Shown here: positions 58,245 through 64,000 of the stretch, piece by piece | Layout of the letters: each line of letters opens with the position of its first letter | Numbering within the stretch: position 1 is the first letter of the stretch | NCBI GenBank assembly: GCA_038891615.1 | Contig: JAWADY010000001.1 | Location: forward strand, 128,001-192,000 | Origin: Candidatus Woesearchaeota archaeon | GTDB lineage: Archaea > Nanobdellota > Nanobdellia > Woesearchaeales > ARS49 | Direction of reading: 5' to 3' | DNA length: 64,000 nt | Translations under genes and position numbers: made by a program | Notes under the pieces: model-generated | Told to the model about the DNA's origin: nothing | Database searches by the model: none | What the model saw: only the letters and a program-made list of their open reading frames with translations

Positions 58245-58325
58245 TATTAAGGCTCTCACATCAAATAGACAGGAAAAGGATTTGATGCAGTTAAGCTTAA
58301 ATATTTCTTTTTTAAGATTCTGCAA

Positions 58326-59213
58326 ATGAATAATTCAGAGCTTGAAAAGTGGCACGAGGCTGGCAGGATTGCTGCCAAAGCACTCGAATATGGCACGAGC
58401 CTCATAAAAAAAGGCGCTGTTGTTCGGGAGGTTTGTGACCTTATTGACCAAAAAATTGTTGAGCTTGGAGCAAAGCCAGCATGGCCAAGCCAAGTGAGCA
58501 TAAACCATATTGCAGCCCATTTTACTCCTGATGAGGATGATGGCTCTGTTTTTGGTGAAGACCTTGTAAGCCTTGATGTCGGAGCTTCTGTAGATGGATA
58601 CATTGGTGACACCGCCTCAACTATAGACCTAAGTGGAAAATGGACTACGCTTGTGAGAACTGCTTTAAAGGCGCTGGAGGAAGCAGTAAAAGAAGTGAAG
58701 CATGGTGCAAGATTGAGCGACATAGGGACGAGAATACAAGAGACAATCACTGCGGGCGGGTTTTCACCAATAAAAAATCTCTCAGGACATGGAATTTCAA
58801 GATTTGTGATACACGACAGACCGATTGTTCCAAATCACACCACTGGAAGCCCAGAAAGACTAGTTGAAGGGCAGGTCATAGCAATTGAACCTTTCGCAAC
58901 AACCGGCAGGGGAATGGTCCGCGAAGCTGAATCCTGCAACATTTTTTCCTTAGAAAAGCACAGGCCAGTGAGAAGCCCTTTTGCAAGGGAAATACAAGAT
59001 TTCATTGAGGATAATTATGGACCATTGCCTTTTACAACGAGATGGATTGCAAAGCGTTTTGGCGCAGGAAAGGCAAAGCTTGGACTGCGCGAGCTTATGG
59101 CAGTAGGGGCTCTTCACAAATACCCACCACTTATTGAAGCGAGTAATGGCATGGTTGCTGTTTTTGAGAAAACCCTCCTCGTAACCCAAAATGGATGTGA
59201 AATTCTAACATAG
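58326..59213 (+). CDS. map: methionine aminopeptidase type II
   Basis: AAHFTP, DVGASVDGYIGDTA, NLSGH, AIEPF, YPPL. Confidence 0.96.
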   Translation: MNNSELEKWHEAGRIAAKALEYGTSLIKKGAVVREVCDLIDQKIVELGAKPAWPSQVSINHIAAHFTPDEDDGSVFGEDLVSLDVGASVDGYIGDTASTIDLSGKWTTLVRTALKALEEAVKEVKHGARLSDIGTRIQETITAGGFSPIKNLSGHGISRFVIHDRPIVPNHTTGSPERLVEGQVIAIEPFATTGRGMVREAESCNIFSLEKHRPVRSPFAREIQDFIEDNYGPLPFTTRWIAKRFGAGKAKLGLRELMAVGALHKYPPLIEASNGMVAVFEKTLLVTQNGCEILT

Positions 59214-59273
59214 CTTGAAAAATTTAATAGCAAATAATTTTAAATAGTTGGAGGAGAAGTTAGACTTGGGGCT

Positions 59274-61343
59274 ATGATAATTAATTCAATAAATCTCAGA
59301 AACATCAGGAGTTATGTTAATGAGCGCATAAATTTTCCAGAAGGTAGTATCCTTCTTTCTGGAGATGTTGGAGCAGGCAAAACAACAATTCTTCTAGCAA
59401 TCGAGTTTGCACTTTTTGGAATTCTTCGTGGAGAGGTTTCCGGTAGCTCTCTTCTCAGGAATGGTACGGAGAGTGGTTATGTTGAGCTTAGCCTTGAGCT
59501 TGGTGGAAAGCCAATCGTAATAAAGAGAACGCTAAGGCGTTCAAAAGGCAGCGTTGAGCAAGAATCTGGTGAAATATCAATCGATGGAATGCGACAGGTA
59601 CTAACGGCTACAGAGCTGAAGTCAAGAATTTTGTCGCTAATGGGATACCCCTTAGAGCTTGCAAGCAAGAGCAAGTCACTAATATACAGATACACAGTCT
59701 ACACCCCTCAAGATGAAATGAAAAGAATACTTTTTGAGGACAAAGAAAGTAGGCTAGACATATTAAGAAGGGTTTTCTTTATTGACAAATATAGAAGGAT
59801 AAAAGACAACACCACGATTTTTATAAGGCAACTACGCGAGCAACTACGCGAACTTGAGGGCGAGACTGCGGACTTGGATTATAAAACAAAAAGGTTGAAT
59901 GAAAAGAAGGATGAGCTTGCTGCAATTGAGATAAAACTGGTTAATGCATCATCTATCCTAAAGACTGCAAAAGAGTTTGTTGAAGTCGTCAGGAAGAAGT
60001 GCGCCGAGGCTGAGGCTATCTTGATAAAAGCGAACGAACTGAAAAGGAGCTTTGATGTTTTAAAAGCAGAGCTGGAGGGGGTGAATGAGCAAAAAGAAAG
60101 AACTCTTAAGGAGGCTGAGCTGCTAAAAAAACAAATCGGCGAGCTTGATGCGTTACTTGGAGAAGGGAGAAGTGAAGCGCATAAGGAAGTTATTTCAGAA
60201 CTTATCTCTAAAAAAAACCAAGAGCTTGATAGGTGTGAAAAGGAGATTCTGACCCAGAGGGAACATGTTGCATCGCTGAAAAACCAAAAAAGGCTTTCGG
60301 AAGATACAATATTAAAAATCTCAAAGCTAGAAAGTTGTCCTTTGTGTCTGCAAAAAGTTTCGGAAGAGCACAAGAAAAAAATAATGAGCAGAGAGGAAAC
60401 AGCTCTATCAAAGCTGGAAAAAGAGCTGGAAGAGCATCTTAAAATGATTGAAAATCTTGAGAAACAAAAAAGAGAAATAAAAGCAGAACTTGAGGCATTG
60501 AAAAAGAAAGAAGAAGAAGCTTTTGCAATTAAGCTTAAAGCTGAAAGCCTTATTGAAAAACGGCAACAGCTTTCTTCAAGACTTACTATTATTAAATCAC
60601 TCGAAGAGCGCGCAAGGAATCTAAGCAAAAAAATATCCGAGAATGAAGTCGTGCTTAAAACCCTTCAAACAGCTAGAGAGGATTATGAAAAGGCCCGCAA
60701 AGAACTGGACTTTGCCTTGGAAAAAGAAAAATGGGCAGAAGTTGAGTATGGAAAACTTCTGAAAGAAAAGGAAAGCCTTGTTTATGTTGTAAAGGAACTT
60801 GAAGCTGAGGTCCAAAAAAAGCTAAATGCTAAAGCAAAAATCGAACAAACAAAGCAATTGATTTCTTGGCTTGGAGAAAACTTTATTTCAATGATTGAAG
60901 CAATGGAAAAGGCAGTGATGGCTCGTGTGCATTCGCAGTTTAACGAACTTTTTACAAGGTGGTTCAACCTTCTCGTTGATGATGAACTAATCGCAGCAAG
61001 ACTTGATGAAGAATTCAGCCCAGTGCTCGAACAGAACGGCTATGAAACACCTGTAGAAAGCCTTAGCGGAGGTGAAAAGACCGCCTGCGCCCTCGCCTAC
61101 AGGCTTGCCTTAAACAAGGTCATAAACGACCTTATACACGGAATCCAGACAAAAGATGTGATAATTCTAGACGAACCAACAGACGGTTTCAGCAACAATC
61201 AGCTTGACCGCATGCGTGATGTTCTAAACCAGTTAGGCTTAAGACAAATAATCCTCGTTAGTCATGAAGAAAAGATAGAAAGCTTTGTAGAGCATGTCAT
61301 TAAGATATCAAAGAATGAGCATGTGAGTCAGGTTTGTGTATAA
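59274..61343 (+). CDS. Rad50/SbcC-like SMC-family ATPase
   Basis: GDVGAGKTT, Q-loop YTPQ, coiled coils with CPLC hook, LSGGE, ILDEPT, SH. Confidence 0.92.
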   Translation: MIINSINLRNIRSYVNERINFPEGSILLSGDVGAGKTTILLAIEFALFGILRGEVSGSSLLRNGTESGYVELSLELGGKPIVIKRTLRRSKGSVEQESGEISIDGMRQVLTATELKSRILSLMGYPLELASKSKSLIYRYTVYTPQDEMKRILFEDKESRLDILRRVFFIDKYRRIKDNTTIFIRQLREQLRELEGETADLDYKTKRLNEKKDELAAIEIKLVNASSILKTAKEFVEVVRKKCAEAEAILIKANELKRSFDVLKAELEGVNEQKERTLKEAELLKKQIGELDALLGEGRSEAHKEVISELISKKNQELDRCEKEILTQREHVASLKNQKRLSEDTILKISKLESCPLCLQKVSEEHKKKIMSREETALSKLEKELEEHLKMIENLEKQKREIKAELEALKKKEEEAFAIKLKAESLIEKRQQLSSRLTIIKSLEERARNLSKKISENEVVLKTLQTAREDYEKARKELDFALEKEKWAEVEYGKLLKEKESLVYVVKELEAEVQKKLNAKAKIEQTKQLISWLGENFISMIEAMEKAVMARVHSQFNELFTRWFNLLVDDELIAARLDEEFSPVLEQNGYETPVESLSGGEKTACALAYRLALNKVINDLIHGIQTKDVIILDEPTDGFSNNQLDRMRDVLNQLGLRQIILVSHEEKIESFVEHVIKISKNEHVSQVCV

Positions 61344-61430
61344 ATGATTGTCAAGAAATGTCTTTGAAAAAGGACCAATGGCTACAAAAGCTTGAGCTTG
61401 CGCAAACTTTATAAATAAGATGAATTAAGT

Positions 61431-62888
61431 TTGTTTATGCAAAAAAAGAGCGTACTTCTCGGATTTGTTTCAGTAACCCTTCTGACACTTTTAGCGAGCA
61501 TTGCTTTGGCATCTTTTGAATTTAATGTTGATGTAGCTCCTGAAGGAGCAGTCATAAAAATGAATGACAGTGCAGAGTTCACTCTAAGCGTTAGTCACAA
61601 TTCGCGAAATGTCGAATCTTTTGAAATATACTCTCCAGAAGTACAGTGGGATATACGAACAGAACCGCCAGGGCTATTAAAAGTTGCTCCAGGTGAAAAG
61701 GGAGAAACAAAACTTGTAATAAGGCCAGTATACATATCAAACCCAGGCTACTATTATGTTGTTATTCATGTGAGACCAATCGGCCGCGACATTCTTGTCA
61801 GAAAAGCTTTTGTGGTTGGAGTTCTACCAGCCTATCAAATACCTGGAGAGTATTCGCCTTCAATAAAGCTTTCCCCGAGCGTTGAAAAACTAATAGACCC
61901 AAGGGCTGAAAGCGTTGTGAAATTAACAGTAGAAAACCTGAACAGACGTGAGCTTGGTCAAATCGCAATCAGGCTTAGAAGCAATACAATAAATAAAGAT
62001 ATCTCATCATCACTTGGGCCTTTCGAGAGGAAATCATTTGATTTTAAAGTCTTTTTAGACCCACTAACTCCCCCACAGAAGGATGTGTTGACCGCCACCG
62101 TTTTCCTGCAACTGCCAGAAGGAACATATCAAATTGAGGCGGAACCTATCCCGTTTGAAATTTTGGCTTATGGCGAAATAACCGAGCAAACAGATGTCTC
62201 AAAGGGATTCTTAAAAACAACTAAAACAATCACATTTACCAATACAGGCAACTCACGTCAGAAAAAGGAATTTCTAGAGAAAAAGGCATTTTTCAAAAGT
62301 TGGTTTACTTCTTTCAATGAAGACTATGACAGAATTAAGGTCGTAGACAGGACTAATTACTACTCATGGAATATTGAGCTTGGTGTTGGCGAAAAGAAAG
62401 TTTTGATAATTACAACAAACTATAACCCACCTGCTTATCTCGCACTTGCTGTAATTGCTGGACTGCTCTTGTATTACCTTTTAAGGAGTCCTCTTGTATT
62501 AGTAAAATCAGCAACAATCCTAACCGCGCGTGAGGGCGGAGTATCTGAGTTCAAGATTCTGTTGAGGGTAAAAAACAGAAGTTCGAGAGCGCTGAAAAAT
62601 GTTTCAATACTTGACAGCATTCCAAGAATCGCAGATATTGTTCGCGACTTTGAGCTTGGAACCACAAAGCCTGAAAAAATATTAAGACACGAAAGCCGCG
62701 GCACAATGTTGAAGTGGCGTTTCAGCGAACTTGAACCATCTGAAGAAAGGCTCATAACGTATAGGATTTCTTCAAAGCTAAACATAATAGGCGGTGTCAC
62801 ATTGCCGGTTGCTGTTGCAAAGTTTGAGGTAAGAGATGGTGTTGAGCGAGTTACAAGAAGCAATGCGCCAGTTGTTGGGCTGATGTAA
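61431..62888 (+). CDS. secreted/membrane-anchored Ig-like multi-domain surface protein
   Basis: Signal peptide, beta-sandwich repeats, TM (YLALAVIAGLLLYYLL), C-terminal DUF11-like domain. Confidence 0.75.
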   Translation: MFMQKKSVLLGFVSVTLLTLLASIALASFEFNVDVAPEGAVIKMNDSAEFTLSVSHNSRNVESFEIYSPEVQWDIRTEPPGLLKVAPGEKGETKLVIRPVYISNPGYYYVVIHVRPIGRDILVRKAFVVGVLPAYQIPGEYSPSIKLSPSVEKLIDPRAESVVKLTVENLNRRELGQIAIRLRSNTINKDISSSLGPFERKSFDFKVFLDPLTPPQKDVLTATVFLQLPEGTYQIEAEPIPFEILAYGEITEQTDVSKGFLKTTKTITFTNTGNSRQKKEFLEKKAFFKSWFTSFNEDYDRIKVVDRTNYYSWNIELGVGEKKVLIITTNYNPPAYLALAVIAGLLLYYLLRSPLVLVKSATILTAREGGVSEFKILLRVKNRSSRALKNVSILDSIPRIADIVRDFELGTTKPEKILRHESRGTMLKWRFSELEPSEERLITYRISSKLNIIGGVTLPVAVAKFEVRDGVERVTRSNAPVVGLM

Positions 62889-63115
62889 TTAATAATAAAA
62901 AGGAAATTTTTTGTTTACTTGCCTTTTCTCCTTCAAGAAAAAAATCTAAATTTTGTTGAGAAGGAGTTTGTTCATCTCAAATTTAGGCACAAAGGTTTTT
63001 GGGCGAATATTTTAAAAATAGTCGGCTTCCCTTTTTTTAAGGTGCTCAGGAATGATTTAATGAGAAATAAAGGTCGTAGTTAAATTTTTAAACAGTTACG
63101 ACTGCTTAAAAACAT

Positions 63116-63242
63116 CCCCGCGTAGCTCAACGGTGGAGCGTCCGGCTGTAGCTGAAAAGCGCCCGTAGACAAGGTATTTGCCATGGATGACAACGGGTCA
63201 GCCGAACCCGGAAGGCTGCTGGTTCGAATCCGGCCGCGGGGA
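63116..63242 (+). tRNA. tRNA-Tyr(GUA) with 55-nt intron at 37/38 (63152-63206)
   Basis: C1-G72 acceptor CCCCGCG/CGCGGGG, A73, TCCGG-CT-GTA-G|intron|C-CCGGA, TTCGAAT. Confidence 0.93.
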
Positions 63243-63314
63243 CTCCTTGCTATGGCTAGGAAAACAAAAATTTTAGTCGCTTAAGAAAAACGAAATCAGC
63301 CTAAAGCTTATTGT

Positions 63315-63962
63315 TCATTTTTTTAATATTTTCTTTATATAACCGAACTGATCATGGAATATGTGAGCACTTGTGGAAAATGTTGTTATAGAGCCTGCGT
63401 CACAGCCAAGTTTTTTTCTTACATAATCTTGCAACACATATATCTGATAAATGTTAGCAGGCCATCCAAAGAAAAAGTCGTTTGACCTTATCACTGCGGT
63501 AAGGTTGAGTCTGTTCTCTCTCAACTTTAAATCGATCATCACAAGTCCTGGGATGTCACGTTTCATCACATTGCTGTCCTCTTTTGGGTCCCAAAGTGAG
63601 AGAACAGCTCTTCTGGAATTTGGAATCTCTTTTAGTAAAGGAATTATGAAATCGTTTATCTGATTTATTTTGCCTTGAAAATTAAATAACCTGGGTCCAT
63701 AGCTATATGAATAATCCGGCGCAAGCTTATTGGCAAGCATAACCTTTGCAATCTCATCAAACGGAGGATATTTCCAATTACCAAAAGTGTTTAAAAGCTG
63801 CATTGGTCTTGTTATGTCTTGTTCTGGATTTTTTATTTGCACCCCAAAGTTAAGCAATTCTCTGCACATCCTGTTGTTCTCGTCCATGAAATCCATTCCT
63901 CTTTTGAGTATCGTGGCAAGGCTTTGTTTCCATGCTTCCAATGCTGTTCTTGTGATTATCAT
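63315..63962 (-). CDS. thymidylate synthase (ThyA)-like protein lacking the catalytic Cys
   Basis: YSYGPRL, SRRA...WDP, IPGL (in place of PC), RSND, WPAN, SAHIF. Confidence 0.85.
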   Translation of the reverse strand: MIITRTALEAWKQSLATILKRGMDFMDENNRMCRELLNFGVQIKNPEQDITRPMQLLNTFGNWKYPPFDEIAKVMLANKLAPDYSYSYGPRLFNFQGKINQINDFIIPLLKEIPNSRRAVLSLWDPKEDSNVMKRDIPGLVMIDLKLRENRLNLTAVIRSNDFFFGWPANIYQIYVLQDYVRKKLGCDAGSITTFSTSAHIFHDQFGYIKKILKK

Positions 63963-63964
63963 CT

Positions 63965-64000
63965 TCAGGTCAAAAACTGCTCCAATCTTACATTTAATTC
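63965..64000 (-). CDS. 3' end of a gene truncated by the window edge
   Basis: ...ELNVRLEQFLT then TGA (63965-63967), 2 nt before the ThyA-like ATG. Confidence 0.45.
   Translation of the reverse strand, partial: ELNVRLEQFLT

Noticed and set aside
59879-60628. 249-aa antisense ORF (and similar S/F/L-rich antisense ORFs throughout)
   Set aside because: Shadow frames of Lys/Glu-rich coiled-coil genes on the opposite strand
63073-63102. GTCGTA/TACGAC inverted repeat flanking the tRNA-Tyr TATA box
   Set aside because: Only 6 bp and not seen at the other tRNA promoters; compatible with chance

Overview
Gene-dense archaeal chromosomal segment, most likely from a DPANN lineage (Woesearchaeota/Nanobdellota-like; this assignment is inference). 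Archaeal markers include TFB, uL16, proteasome beta, aCPSF1, archaeal-type TPI/TrpRS/ProRS, AMP phosphorylase, TATA-box promoters, GGAGGTG/GAGGTGA Shine-Dalgarno motifs and six tRNA genes (Ser-UGA, Thr-GGU, Val-GAC and Tyr-GUA with 37/38 introns; Leu-UAA and Arg-CCG without). Most of the window is housekeeping and DNA repair. I saw no CRISPR array, rRNA, integrase or transposase. The most notable items are: (1) an apparently intact GGEEF diguanylate cyclase with an RxxD I-site, immediately downstream of trpS in an archaeon; (2) a ~97-nt GC-rich three-way-junction RNA candidate (30837-30932) whose TATA box has the same spacing as a tRNA promoter in the window; (3) a type III restriction-modification operon with a multi-TM, Sm-like protein gene wedged between mod and res; (4) a single-chain (dead MNT)-(MNT)-(HEPN)-(dead HEPN) protein next to an IrrE-like zincin; (5) a thymidylate-synthase homologue lacking the catalytic Cys; (6) smaller oddities such as a TM-MJ1316 fusion, a HemK-kinase fusion, a cytoplasmic subtilase gene block and an A18/G55 tRNA-Thr. 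All calls come from reading motifs by eye; no database searches were run.
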